Assembly: GCA_963771175.1 (NCBI GenBank)
Contig: CAVYSY010000025.1
Coordinates: 122,752-186,751, forward strand
Direction: 5' to 3'
DNA length: 64,000 bases
DNA from: an uncultured delta proteobacterium
Lineage (GTDB): Bacteria > Myxococcota > Myxococcia > Myxococcales > Myxococcaceae
Below are positions 21,399 to 33,500 of this stretch, piece by piece. The notes under the pieces were generated by a model. The model was not told the origin of the DNA. It made no database searches and saw only the letters and a list, made by a program, of their open reading frames with translations. The stretch's first letter is position 1. Each line of letters begins with the position of its first letter. The position numbers and the translations under genes are program-made.

Positions 21399-22185
21399 AT
21401 GAAAGTCGCTGGTCGTGACGAGGCAGCACCGGCCCGGCAGGCGCCGGACAAGGGACGTTTCCGGGAAGAGCTGAAGAAGGCGGGCCCGGAGGCGAAGACC
21501 GGCCCGGCGGTGGTGAAGGCCCCGACCCGTGGAGGACAGGTCACCCGTCCCCCCGGAGGGCTCGCGCGCACCACCACCGGGACCGTGACCACCACCGGGC
21601 AGGCGCGGACGCCGCAGCGGGGCGCCTTCGCCAGCTCCGAGCACCTTGGTCAGGTGCGCCAGGGCATGACCCTGGAGACCCACCGACTCCGGGACGTGCG
21701 GGGCGAAGCCCACCAGACGCACCAGGAGCGGGTGCAGCAGCGCGTGACGGACCTCATCTCCCGGGAGCTCGCTCGCGAGCTGCGCTCCGAGCCAGTGGCG
21801 CCACACTCGACCGCGACGCCACGGGGCCCCGAGGCCTCAACCTCCCCGGTGGAGGGGCTCTCCGCCGCCGGAGAGGTCCGCACGGGGGGCCCGGGAGGAG
21901 CTGGCGCGGCGGCCGTGGACACGCCGAACCCCGAGGTCCGCGCACAGGCGGCCCTGGAGCTCATCGAGAAGATCGAGGTGTTCGTGAAGTCCCAGCGCCC
22001 GGCGCTGGCGATGCGCCTGGGCGGAGCACTGGACGCCACGGTGGAGGTGGAGCGCACCGGCGCTCGCGAGGTGTCCCTGCGCATCCAGGGGCGCCGGGGT
22101 CCCCTTCCCCAGGAGGACCTGGCACGCATCCGCGACGGCCCTGGCCGAACGGGGACTGAAGCTCAGCGCCTTCCTGACTTCTTGA
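21399..22185 (+). CDS. Hypothetical protein; C-terminus resembles the FliK/T3SS length-control fold (indel near 22140)
   Basis: RBS gagggga. Low-complexity N-half. C-terminal LRLGGALDATVEVERTGAREVSLRI...LARIRDALAERGLKL after frame correction. Confidence 0.55.
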
Positions 22186-22201
22186 GGACGACTCCGGGCA
22201 T

Positions 22202-22236
22202 GAAAAAGGCCCTCCCGCCTCTCGGCGGAGGGCCTT
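22202..22236. terminator. Intrinsic terminator, probably of fdxA and possibly bidirectional
   Basis: aaaaaggccctcccgcc-tctc-ggcggagggcctt hairpin with a T-run on the minus strand. Confidence 0.75.
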
Positions 22237-22257
22237 GGGAGGACCCCTACCCCAGGC

Positions 22258-22596
<339 letters not shown>

Positions 22597-22693
22597 TGAA
22601 ATTCTCCTCTTGGACTGAATCCGTGCGCGCGTGCGCACACTAATGGGTTGTAACGGGGGTGGCACTCCCTAATTTGAGTCCCCCCCTGCCTGC

Positions 22694-23782
22694 TCAGCCC
22701 AGGAGGCCTTGGGCACGCATCAGTTCGGCTACCAGGATGGCGCCCTTGGCGGCTCCCATCTTGGTGTTGTGGGAGACGAGCAGGTACTTGAAGCCGTTCT
22801 CCAGCACCGCGTCCTCGCGCACCCGGCCCACCGAGGTGGCCATGCCCGCGTCGGTGTCGCGATCCAGGCGCGGCTGCGGCCGGAACGGATCGTCGAGCAC
22901 CTCGATCCAGCGCGGCGGAGCCGACGGCAGGTCCCGGGAGACCTCGGCGCCCCGCCACTCGCGCATCGCCGCCGCCACGTCCTGCACGGAGGCCTTGCGC
23001 GCGAGCGACACGAAGACGGACTCGGTGTGCCCCTCCATCACCGCCACGCGGGTGCAGGTGCAGGACACCCGGACGTCATGCGGGAGGAGCGAGCCGCCCC
23101 CGGCCTCCAGCGAGCCGAGGATCTTCTGGGTCTCGACCTGGACCTTCTCCTCCTCCTTGGGGATGTAGGGGATGACGTTGTCCAGGATGTCCAGACCGAT
23201 GACGCCCGGCGAGCGGCCCGCGCCGGACATGGCCTGCATCGAGGTCATCAGCACCGACTTGAGGCCGAAGCGCTCGGCCAGCGGGGCCAGGGTGATGGCC
23301 AGACCGGTGGTGGTGCAGTTGGGGATGGGGACGATGAAGCCCTTCCAGCCCCGGCGCTTCTGCTGCTCGCGCACCAGGGGGGCGTGGGAGGCGTTCACCG
23401 GGGGGATGAGCAGCGGCACGTCCTCCTCGTAGCGGAAGGCGCTGGCCGCGGAGAACACGGGGATGTCGCGGGCGAGCCGGGGCTCCAGCTCCTTGGCCAC
23501 GTCCGACTCCACCGCCGAGAAGGCGATGTCGTAGTCCCTGGCCTGGAGCTCATCGCCGTTCACCACCTTCATCCGGGCGATGGACTCGGGGAGCGGCTCG
23601 GGAACGAACCAGGCGGTCATCCCATTGGCGGTGCGGAGCGCCTCCACGTACGTCTTGCCCGCCGAGCGCGGCGAGGCCGCCAGTCCGGTGAGCTCGATGT
23701 AGGGGTGGTCCTTCAGCGCGGCGATGAACTGCTGGCCGGCGAGTCCGGTGGCGCCAATGAGGACAGCGCGAAGCTTGGCCAT
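22694..23782 (-). CDS. asd: Aspartate-semialdehyde dehydrogenase
   Basis: GATGLAG, IPNCTT, QAMSGAG, CTRV...GHTE, SHNTKMGAA motifs. Confidence 0.93.
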   Translation of the reverse strand: MAKLRAVLIGATGLAGQQFIAALKDHPYIELTGLAASPRSAGKTYVEALRTANGMTAWFVPEPLPESIARMKVVNGDELQARDYDIAFSAVESDVAKELEPRLARDIPVFSAASAFRYEEDVPLLIPPVNASHAPLVREQQKRRGWKGFIVPIPNCTTTGLAITLAPLAERFGLKSVLMTSMQAMSGAGRSPGVIGLDILDNVIPYIPKEEEKVQVETQKILGSLEAGGGSLLPHDVRVSCTCTRVAVMEGHTESVFVSLARKASVQDVAAAMREWRGAEVSRDLPSAPPRWIEVLDDPFRPQPRLDRDTDAGMATSVGRVREDAVLENGFKYLLVSHNTKMGAAKGAILVAELMRAQGLLG

Positions 23783-23900
23783 GGTGTCTGACTCCCTCCG
23801 TGGGGGTCGTGGGGGGTGGCGCGTCCTTTATACCCTTTGGCGTATGACCTTTGGCGCCGGACTTCACGTTCGTCGGGGAAGCCCGGGTGCCCGCCCGGTC

Positions 23901-24257
23901 TCAGCACAGCCCTTGGACCGAGGCCTCCGAGACGTGGCGCTCCGTGGGAAATCCGTGGGTGATCCACCCCTGGAGGCCCCCGTCCAGGCAGATGGCCTTG
24001 CGCCCCCGCATCTGGAGCAGGCGGCAGGCCCGGCGCGCATCGGAGCCATCCGGAGAACACCCGCACACCACGATGAGCTCGTCGTCGGGGAGCACCTCCG
24101 CGTCCCGGAGGAGCTCCTCGAAGCACATCCACAGGGCACCGGGAATGTGGAGGCCGTAGCGCTCCCAGTCGTCGGGGTCACGGCAGTCGAGGACGAGCAC
24201 TTCCTCGTCCCCGAGCCGCACGTAGAGCTCGGTACAGGGCATACGGAAATCCACCAC
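23901..24257 (-). CDS. Rhodanese-like domain protein
   Basis: VLDCRD...LHIPGA...LDGGLQGW; GGAGG RBS before a GTG start. Confidence 0.8.
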   Translation of the reverse strand: MVDFRMPCTELYVRLGDEEVLVLDCRDPDDWERYGLHIPGALWMCFEELLRDAEVLPDDELIVVCGCSPDGSDARRACRLLQMRGRKAICLDGGLQGWITHGFPTERHVSEASVQGLC

Positions 24258-24352
24258 TCGGGACCTCCTGCTGCGGTGTCTGTCCCGCAGAACGAGGAGC
24301 GCCCCCATGCCCTTCCCCACGGCTCGCCAGCCCGCCCGCCGTGGTCACCCGC

Positions 24353-25507
24353 CTAGAGACCGAGCTGCTTGGCGATGATCTCGTTCATGATCTCGCTGGT
24401 GCCCCCGCCGATGGGGCCCAGGCGAGCGTCACGCCAGTGGCGCTGGATGTCGTACTCCATCATGTAGCCGGCGCCGCCGTGGAGCTGGAGGCACGCATCG
24501 GCCACCCGGCAGGCCGTCTCGGTGGCCACCTTCTTGGCCATGGACGTCTGGGCGATGGCGTACTCGCCCCCCACGTGCAGGCGCAGCGCGTGGTAGGTGA
24601 GCTGGCGCGCCGCCTCGAACTCGGTGGCCAGGTCGGCCAGCTTGTGCCGCACCACCTGGAACTCGTTGAGCGAGTGGCCGAAGGCGCGCCGCTCCCGCAC
24701 GTGGGCCATCACCACCTCCAGCATCTCCTCCATGGCCCCGAGCGCCCCCAGGGCGAGCGACAGGCGCTCCCACTGGAAGTTGCCCATGATCTGATAGAAG
24801 CCCTGCCCCGCCACCCCACCCAGCAGGTTGGCCACCGGCACCCGACAGTCCTCGAGGAAGAGCTCGGCGGTGTCCGAGGCGCGCCAGCCGAGCTTCTTCA
24901 GCTTGCGCCCCACGGAGAAGCCCGGGGTGCCCTTCTCCACCACCAACAGGGACAGCCCCTTGTGACCGGCCTCGGGGTTCGTCTTCACCGCCAGGACGAC
25001 GAAGTCCGCCCGCACGCCGTTGGTGATGTAGGTCTTCGAGCCGTTGACGACGTAGTGGTCCCCGTCGAGGCGGGCGGTGGTGCGCAGGCCGGCCACGTCC
25101 GAGCCCCCGTTGGGCTCGGTGATGCCGAGCGCGCCAATCTTCTCCCCCTGGATGGCCGGGGCGAGGAAGCGCCGCTTCTGGTCCTCGGTGCCGTACTTGT
25201 GGAGGGGGCCGGTGGCGATGGTGTGCTGGGCCGCGAGCCCCGCGGCGACCCCGCCCGAGCCGCAGCGCCCCATCTCCTCGAGCAGCACCGCCTCGTAGAG
25301 CTCGCCGGCGTTGGAGCCCCCGTACTCCGCCGGGTACTTGAGACCGAGGAAACCCAGCTCGCCGAAGCGGGTGAAGAGCTCCCGGGGGAACTCCTCCTGC
25401 TCCTCCCACTGGGGGGCGAAGGGCTTCAGCTCCTTCTCGATGACCGCCCGGACCGTGCGGCGGAAGGCCTCGTGCTCCTCCTGGTACAGCCCGTAACCGT
25501 GCAGCAT
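24353..25507 (-). CDS. Acyl-CoA dehydrogenase
   Basis: ITEPNGGSDVA, NGSKTYITNG, LQLHGGAGY, IGGGTSEI. Confidence 0.93.
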   Translation of the reverse strand: MLHGYGLYQEEHEAFRRTVRAVIEKELKPFAPQWEEQEEFPRELFTRFGELGFLGLKYPAEYGGSNAGELYEAVLLEEMGRCGSGGVAAGLAAQHTIATGPLHKYGTEDQKRRFLAPAIQGEKIGALGITEPNGGSDVAGLRTTARLDGDHYVVNGSKTYITNGVRADFVVLAVKTNPEAGHKGLSLLVVEKGTPGFSVGRKLKKLGWRASDTAELFLEDCRVPVANLLGGVAGQGFYQIMGNFQWERLSLALGALGAMEEMLEVVMAHVRERRAFGHSLNEFQVVRHKLADLATEFEAARQLTYHALRLHVGGEYAIAQTSMAKKVATETACRVADACLQLHGGAGYMMEYDIQRHWRDARLGPIGGGTSEIMNEIIAKQLGL

Positions 25508-25591
25508 CGTTGACATCCCTCCGGTGTCTGGCGGGACCGCCAACCCCCGATGCTAGCGGACAAGGATGTGCACGCTCCCCCTTCTGCTGTC

Positions 25592-25620
25592 TTGACCCGG
25601 CTTTTTCGGGCTCATATAAG
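25592..25620 (+). promoter_or_regulatory. sigma70-type promoter of tRNA-Cys
   Basis: TTGACC-17 nt-TATAAG, ending 18 nt upstream of the tRNA. Confidence 0.65.
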
Positions 25621-25638
25621 GCCGTACACAGTTCGCCC

Positions 25639-25710
25639 GGCGCCATAGCCAAGTGGTAAGGCAAAGGTCTGCAAAACCTTCATTCCCCGGTTCGAATCCG
25701 GGTGGCGCCT
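25639..25710 (+). tRNA. tRNA-Cys(GCA); CCA not encoded
   Basis: GGCGCCA acceptor stem, D-loop AAGTGGTAA, anticodon loop CTGCAAA, T-loop GGTTCGAATCC, U73 discriminator. Confidence 0.96.
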
Positions 25711-25716
25711 CACAAT

Positions 25717-25760
25717 AAGGCCCGATGTGGACTCCGGTTCACATCGGGCCTTCGTCTTTG
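25717..25760 (+). terminator. Terminator after tRNA-Cys
   Basis: aaggcccgatgtg...cacatcgggcctt hairpin followed by cgtcttt. Confidence 0.75.
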
Positions 25761-25830
25761 CGGGCTTCGGCACCCCGACTCGGCGGCCTCGGGATTGCTT
25801 AGGGCGAGGGACATGCTGATATCCCCTCTC

Positions 25831-26427
25831 ATGGCCCCCTTCGAGCCCCCGTCCACCGAGCGAAACGCCCCGTCCGTCGAGGCAGCCTTCCAGGCGGCTC
25901 CACCGGAGATGGTGGCGGAGATCCTCAACGGGGAGCTGCACCTCAGCCCTCGCCCGGCCCGCCCGCACACCAACGCGGCATCAGGACTGGGCGCCCTCCT
26001 CACCCCACCCTTCAAGTTCGGCAGAGGCGGACCGGGTGGGTGGGTCATCCTCGATGAACCGGAACTGCACCTCGGCCGCCGCCCGGACAAGCTCGTGCCG
26101 GACATCGCGGGCTGGAGGCGCGAGCGACTGCCTCGGGCCATCGGAGGGGAAGACGCCCCGGCGCACTACGACCTCGCCCCGGATTGGGTGTGCGAAGTGC
26201 TCTCCGAGCGCACGCGACGCATCGACAAGATCCAGAAGATGCGCATCTACGCCCGGGAAGGCGTGCGGAACGTCTGGCACGTGGACCCGCTCGCCCAGAC
26301 GCTCGACATCTTCCGGCTCGAGGGACGCCACTGGCTTCTCGTTGAGTCCTTCGCCGGAGACGAGCGGGTCCGCGCCGAGCCGTTCGAGGCCATCGAACTC
26401 GAGCTGGCGCTCGTCTGGGCGGAGTAG
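25831..26427 (+). CDS. Uma2/DUF820 family putative endonuclease
   Basis: AEILNGEL..SPRP..H, GGWVILDEPELHL, LVPDIAGWRRER, APDWVCEVLS. Confidence 0.9.
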   Translation: MAPFEPPSTERNAPSVEAAFQAAPPEMVAEILNGELHLSPRPARPHTNAASGLGALLTPPFKFGRGGPGGWVILDEPELHLGRRPDKLVPDIAGWRRERLPRAIGGEDAPAHYDLAPDWVCEVLSERTRRIDKIQKMRIYAREGVRNVWHVDPLAQTLDIFRLEGRHWLLVESFAGDERVRAEPFEAIELELALVWAE

Positions 26428-26436
26428 GGCTTCACC

Positions 26437-29400
26437 TCAGCCCAGCGTCGCGCGCGCGTTGCGGAACATCCGCATCCACGGGCTGTCCTCGCCCCACTCC
26501 TGCGGGCACCAGGAGTACTGGACGCTCCGGCTCACGCGCTCCGGATGCGGCATCATGATGGTGACGCGCCCGTCTCGCGACGTCAGGCCGGCGATGCCGT
26601 GCGGCGAGCCGTTCGGGTTGGCCGGGTACTGCTCCGTCACCCGCCCGTGGTTGTCCACGAAGCGCACCGGCACCATGCCCAGCCCGTTCACCCGCGCCGC
26701 CTCGTCCGGGCTGGCGAACTCCGCGCGCCCCTCGCCGTGCGACGACGACGATCGGGATGCGGCTGCCGGCCATGCCCTTGAAGAACAGCGACGGGCTCTC
26801 CGCCACCTCCACCTGCACCAGCCGCGCCTCGAACTGCTCCGAGGCGTTGCGCACGAAGTGCGGCCAGTGCTCGGCGCCGGGGATGAGCTCGTGGAGCTGC
26901 GACATCATCTGGCAGCCGTTGCAGATGCCCAGGGCGAAGGTGTCCGAGCGCGCGAAGAAGGCGGCGAACTCGTCCCGCGCCCGCGCGTTGAACAGGATGG
27001 AGCTTGGCCCAGCCGCCACCCGCGCCCAGCACGTCGCCGTACGAGAAGCCTCCGCACGCCGCGAGGCCCGTGAAGTCCTTCAGTGACACGCGCCCGGCGA
27101 GGATGTCGCTCATGTGCACGTCCACCGCGCTGAAGCCCGCGCGCATGAACGCCGCGGCCATCTCGAGCTGGCCGTTCACGCCCTGCTCGCGCAGGATGGC
27201 CACCCGGGGCTTCGCACCCTTCGCGATGTACGGCGCCGCCACGTCCTCCGTCGGCTCGAACGTGAGCCGGGCCGACAAGCCGGGGTCGCTCGGGTCGCAC
27301 TTCGCGGCGAACTCCTCCTCGGCGCAGCGCGGGTTGTCGCGCAGCTTCTGCATCTCGTAGCTGACGCGCGACCACAGCTTGCGCAGCGACACGGTGTCCT
27401 CCTCCAGGAGCACCTTCGCGCCGTGGCGCACGCGCACCTGGAGCGCCGCCTGGGGCCGCCCGAGCTCGTGGCACGCGGAGCCCAGCCCGTGCTTCGCCAG
27501 CACCTCGCGCACGCGCTGGAGGTCCGAGGCCTTCACCTGCAGCACCGCGCCCAGCTCCTCGTTGAAGAGCGCCGCCACGGCATCCGAGCCCAGGGCAGCC
27601 ACGTCCACCTCGAAGCCGCAGTGGCCCGCGAAGGCCATCTCCACCAGCGCGGTGAGGAGGCCACCGTCCGAGCGGTCGTGGTAGGCCCGCACCAGGCCCG
27701 CCTCGATGAGCGCCTGCATGGCGGTGAAGAAGCCCTTCAACAGCTCGGGGCTCTCCACGTCCGGGCACCGCGGGCCCACCTGCGAGTACACCTGCGCCAG
27801 CACCGAGCCACCCAGCCGCTGCTTGCCACCGGCGAGGTCCACGAACACCAGCCGCGAGTCCGCGCCCGGCTCGCGAAGCTGCGGCGTGAGCGACTTGCGC
27901 ACGTCGAGCACCGGCGCGAAGGCCGACACGATGAGCGACAGCGGCGCCGTCACCGCCTTGCGAGCCCCCTTCTCCTCCCACACCGTGCGCATGGACATGG
28001 AGTCCTTGCCCACCGGAATGGTGATGCCCAGCGCCGGGCACAGCTCCATGCCCACCGCCTTCACCGCGTCGTAGAGGTTGGCGTCCTCGCCCGGGCTGCC
28101 GGCGGCGGCCATCCAGTTGGCGGACAGCTTGATGTCCCCCAGCTTGCCAATCCGCGCCGAGGCGATGTTGGTGACGGCCTCGGCCACCGCCATGCGCGCC
28201 GAGGCGGCCGCGTCGATGAGCGCCAGCGGGGTGCGCTCGCCCATCGCCATGGCCTCGCCGGTGTAGCCCGCGTGCGCCGACAGCGTCACCGCGCAGTCCG
28301 CCACCGGCACCTGCCACGGGCCGACCATCTGGTCCCTCGCCATCAGGCCGGTCACCGATGCGGTCGCCAATCGTGATCAGGAACCTCTTGTCCGCCACCG
28401 TCGGGTGCGCGAGCACTCGCGCCAGCAGCTCCTTCACCGGGGCGTCCAGCTTCAGCTCGGCGTGCGCCAGCGGACGCGACTTCACGTCCCGGTGCATGCG
28501 CGGCGGCTTGCCGAACAGCACGTCCATCGGGATGTCGATGGGCGCGTTGCCGAACTGCCGGTCCGTCAGCTTCAGCGCCTGCTCCTCGGTGGCCTCGCCC
28601 AGCACCGCGAAGGGCGCGCGCTCGCGCTCGCAGAGGGCCTCGAAGCGCGACAGGTCCTCCGGCGCGATGGCCAGCACGTAGCGCTCCTGGGCCTCGTTGC
28701 ACCAGATCTCCAGCGGCGACATGCCGGGCTCGTCGTTGGGCACCTCGCGCAGCTCGAAGCGCCCGCCGAGGCCGTCGTCGTGGACCAGCTCCGGCACCGC
28801 GTTGGACAGGCCGCCCGCGCCCACGTCGTGGATGGAGCGGATGGGGTTGGCGTCGCCCAGCGCCCAGCAGCGGTCGATGACCTCCTGGCAGCGCCGCTCC
28901 ATCTCCGGGTTGTCACGCTGCACCGAGGCGAAATCGAGGTCCGCCGCGCTGGCGCCCTGCGCCATCGAGGACGCCGCGCCGCCGCCCAGGCCGATCAGCA
29001 TCGCCGGGCCGCCCAGCACGACGATCTTGTCCCCCGGCTTCAGCGTGCCCTTCTGTACGTGCCCATCCCGGATGTTGCCGAGGCCGCCGGCGATCATGAT
29101 CGGCTTGTGGTAGCCGCGCACCTCGACGCCCTCGGGCGCGGGCACCTGCTGCTCGAAGCTGCGGAAGTAGCCGCACAGGTTGGGCCGGCCGAACTCGTTG
29201 TTGAAGGCGGCGCCGCCCAGCGGGCCTTCGATCATGATGTCGAGCGCGGACACGATGCGCTCGGGCTTGCCGTAGGGCTGCTCCCAGGGCTGCTCGTGGC
29301 CCGGAATCCGCAGGTTCGAGACGGAGAACCCGCTCAGGCCCGCCTTGGGCTTGGCGCCGCGGCCCGTAGCGCCCTCGTCGCGAATCTCCCCGCCCGAGCC

Positions 29401-30336
29401 CGTGGAGGCACCCGGGTGCGGGGAGATGGCCGTGGGATGGTTGTGGGTCTCCACCTTCATCAGGATGTGCACGGGCTCACGGTGGAAGCGGTACTCGCCG
29501 CTGTCCGTCTCCGGGAAGAGGCGCTCCACCTCGAAGCCCTCCATCACCGCCGCGTTGTCCTTGTACGCCGACAGCACGCCTTCCTGGTTCGCCGCGTAGG
29601 TGTTCTTGATGGACTGGAAGAGCGAGCGCTCCTGCTGCTCTCCGTCGATGGTCCACGAGGCGTTGAAGATCTTGTGCCGGCAGTGCTCGCTGTTCGCCTG
29701 CGCGAACATCATCAGCTCGACGTCCGTGGGGTTGCGCTTCAGCTCGGTGAAGCGATCCACCAGGTAGTCGATCTCGTCCTCGGCCAGGGCCAGGCCCAGC
29801 TCGCGGTTGGCGGTGACGAGCGCGGCCCGGCCTCCACCCAGCACGTCCACCGTGGTGAACGGACGAGGCGAGTGACCGGCGAAGAGGATGGCGGCGTCCT
29901 CCTCGCGCCCCACCACGGCCTGGGTCATCCGGTCGTGCAGCAGCGGCTGGACGCGGGCGAGCTGCTCCAGGCCCAGGGCCTTGCCCGCCCCGTCGGCGAC
30001 GAACCAGGCGATACCTCGCTCGATGCGCCGCACGCCGCGCAGGCCGCAGTTGTGGAGGATGTCCGTGGCCTTCGAGGACCAGGGCGAGATGGTGCCGGGG
30101 CGCGGGATGACGAGCTGCAGGCTGCCGCGCCGCTCTCCCTGCGCCAGCCGGGGGCCGTACTCCAGCAGCCGATCGACCAGCGACCGCTCCGACTCCGAGA
30201 GGGCCGCCTCGACGTCGAGGAAGTGCACGAACTCCGCGTAGACGGAGGCCACGGCCGGCTCCAGCTCACGACAGCGAGCGAGCAGCTTGGCCAGACGGAA
30301 CTCGGAGAGGGCGGGGGCGCCACGCAGGGTGAGCAT
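26437..30336 (-). CDS. purL: Phosphoribosylformylglycinamidine synthase, large single-chain type (indels near 28365, 27005, 26740)
   Basis: [52 protein letters not shown]. Confidence 0.95.
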
Positions 30337-30547
30337 GGAATCTCTGGGGAGAGGGGTCCGGAAACGTGCGGCCGTCTTATAACCACAGCCTCCCTCCCGC
30401 ATCCGAAGAGATCGCCATCGGTTGCCCTCCCCTGGACGGACGGGAGCCGACTCCAGGGAAAACGGGGGCCGGATGTGGTTGAATGCGCCTCCTCTCAAGA
30501 CCGCCGACGAGGACAAGCGCCGGTAGGGGGAGTCTCCGAGGATCCGC

Positions 30548-33500
30548 ATGGTCAGAGCGAACACGATCCTGGCGGCCCTGTGCGCCCTCGCACTGGGTGT
30601 GGCCTGCACGAGCCCCACCGGGCAGGAGCCCGCACCGGAGGCCCCGAAGGCCACCCAGCGCCGGGCCCTGGGCGAAGGCCCCGCCTCCCTCGTGGCCGAC
30701 CTGGGTGTGAAGGCCGAGGCCGCGCTGGTGCGCAACCCCAAGAACCTCGTGGCCGCCGGGCCGACGCTCCTTTTCTCCTCCAACGACGAGGCCCTCGGCG
30801 AGGAGCTGTGGAGGCAGGACGCCTCGGGTCCCGTGCTGGTGGCCGACATCTACCCCGGCCCCATCGGCGCCTCGCCCTCCCGCTTCTTCCACATGCGGGG
30901 GCTCACGTATTTCACCGCCCTCGACGCGCAGCACGGCGTGGAGCTATGGCGGACGGACGGCACCTCCCGGGGCACCTTCCTGCTCAAGGACGTCTACCCG
31001 GGCACGAAGGGCTCCGACATCCGGACCTTCGCCGAGTACAACGGGTGGCTCTTCTTCGCGGCCAATGACGGAGTGCACGGCCTGGAGCTGTGGCGCTCCG
31101 ACGGCACCCCGGAGGGGACGGAGCTCGTCCGGGACATCGTGCTGGGCTCGGGCAATGGCGGTCCCTCGGGATTCACCGTGTTCGGCGGCAAGCTCTACTT
31201 CCTCACCACCGGCCCCGGAGGGACGCGGCAGCTCTGGCGCACCGATGGCACCAGGGACGGCACGGTCCGCGTCTCGACGAAGGTGACCGCCAGTGACTCC
31301 GACTTCCCCAACGGAGGGCTCGTCCGGGTGGGAGGCTCGCTCTTCTTCGCCGGCAACGACGGCACGACGGGCAACGAGCTGTGGAAGACCAATGGCACCG
31401 AGGAGGGCACGGTCCGCGTCAAGGACCTCCAGCCGGGCGCGACGGGCTCCGAGCCCCAGCGGCTCACCGCCTTCGGGGGCGCGCTGTACTTCGCCGCCAC
31501 GGACGGCACGAGCGGGCGCGAGCTGTGGCGCTCCGACGGCACCGAGGAGGGCACGCGGCTCGTCACGGAGCTCGTCTCCGGGAACAACACCGCGGAGACA
31601 CCCTCCACCCTCGTGGCCACCCCCACCCGCCTCTTCTTCTCCCTGACCGGCGGCACCGCGAGCGCGCTCTACGCAACGGATGGCACGGCGGCGGGCACAG
31701 CGCAGCTCGTGGACTTCAAGGCCCTCGGCGGCTCCGGCCTCCTCTATGGAATGACGGCCCAGGGCGACACGCTCTTCTTCTTCGGCAATGAGCCGGTTGT
31801 CGGCACCGAGCTGTGGACGAGCGACGGCACGCCCTCGGGCACACGGCGCATCGGCAACGACCTCTTCCCCAACAACGGCCCGCGGCCGGACGCGCTCACC
31901 GTGGTGGGTGACACGGTGTACTTCGTGGCGAACACGCCGGGGACCGGCCTCTCCATCGAGTACCCCGCCGTCCCCACGCTGTGGAAGACACAGGGCGACG
32001 AGTCCAACACCGTCCCCGCCGGAGCCGACCCGAAGCCCACCCGGGGCTCGAACCCGGCGCCCTTCGCCAGCATGGGCGACGCGCTGTACTTCACCACCTT
32101 CGAGGACGAGGAGGTGCCGAAGCTCTGGCGGACCGATGGGACGGCGGCGGGCACACGGGCGCTCGCGGACGTGGGTCCCAAGGGCATGCTCACGTTCGGC
32201 TCGGCGGGGCTGAGCGAGCTGACGGTGCTCAACGACAGCCTCTACTTCGCGACCTCACAGTCCTCTGGCTATGAGCTCTGGAAGACCGACGGGACGTCCA
32301 GCGCCGCGGTGACCACGGACGTCCTGCTCGCCACCGAGGCGAGCTACCCCATCGAGCTCCACACCCACAACGGGGAGCTCTTCTTCGCCGGCAAGGACAC
32401 CACCCACGGCGTCGAGCTGTGGAAGACCGACGGCACCAGCACCGTCCTGGTGAAGGACCTCAATGCGGGCACTCCGTCCTCGAATCCCGCCTCCTTCACC
32501 TCCGTCGTGGGCGGTGACCTCTACTTCCTGGTCAACAGCAGCACCACGGGCTGGGAGCTGTGGAAGACCGATGGCACCGAGCCCGGCACCGTCCGCGCGG
32601 TGGACATCCGTGGCTCGGCGGGAACGGGCACCGTCACGAGCATCGCCGGGGCCATGGGGGACTCGCTCTACTTCGTGGCCGCGGACACCGCCACCGGTCC
32701 CGAGCTGTGGAGGCTCGATGGCACCGGGACTGCCACCCTGGTGAAGGACATCCGCTCGGGGGCCCAGGGCTCCGGGCCCTCGCGGTTCGCGGTGATCGGC
32801 ACCACGCTCTACTTCACCGCCGACGACGGGGTCTCCGGGCGCGAGCTGTGGCGCACCGATGGCACGCCCGCCGGCACGTCGCGGGTGAAGGACATCGCCA
32901 TCGGCACGACCAGCGCCTCGCCCGCCGCCTTCGCGGTGATCGGCACCACGCTCTACTTCACCGCCGATGACGGGGTCTCCGGGAGCGAGCTGTGGCGCTC
33001 GGATGGCACCGAGACGGGCACCGTCCGCGTCGCCGACGTGCGCCCGGGGAGCGCCCATGGAGTCCTCGCCGAGTCGCTCTTCGTGCTCCCGGACGAGAAG
33101 GTGCTCCTCTTCGCCGCCAACGACGGCGTGAATGGCACCGAGCTGTGGCGCTCGGATGGCACCGAGGCGGGCACCTTCGTGCTGCACGACATCGCCCCCG
33201 GGCAGCTCAGCTCGGACCCCGAGTCCTTCGCATTCTTCGGGAGCTCCATCGCCTTCGGCGCGAACGATGGGCGGCACGGGCGCGAGCCATGGCTCATGTC
33301 CCGGGCACTGCTCACCAACAGCACGCCTCCCACCATCACCTGCCCGGCGAACCAGTTCGTCGAGGCCCAGCAGCCCCTGGGCGCGCTGGTCCACTTCCCG
33401 GAGGCGGAGGCCCAGGATGACACCGCGCTCCCGCCCGCCCTCTCCTACAGCCATGGGCCGAGTGGGTTCTTCCCCTTCGGAACGACGGTGGTGACCGCGA

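Noticed and set aside
24353..25507. Acyl-CoA dehydrogenase as an epoxyketone synthase for the BGC
   Set aside because: It is separated from the cluster by fdxA and asd, and the PKS module is internal with no C-methyltransferase.
25639..26427. tRNA-Cys plus Uma2 gene as an integrative element
   Set aside because: No integrase and no duplicated tRNA 3' end seen; Uma2 genes are commonly scattered in myxobacteria.
30700..33300. Regularly spaced gagctgtgg repeats as a CRISPR or DGR-like array
   Set aside because: They are coding ELWxxDGT repeats; no cas or reverse transcriptase gene is in the window.
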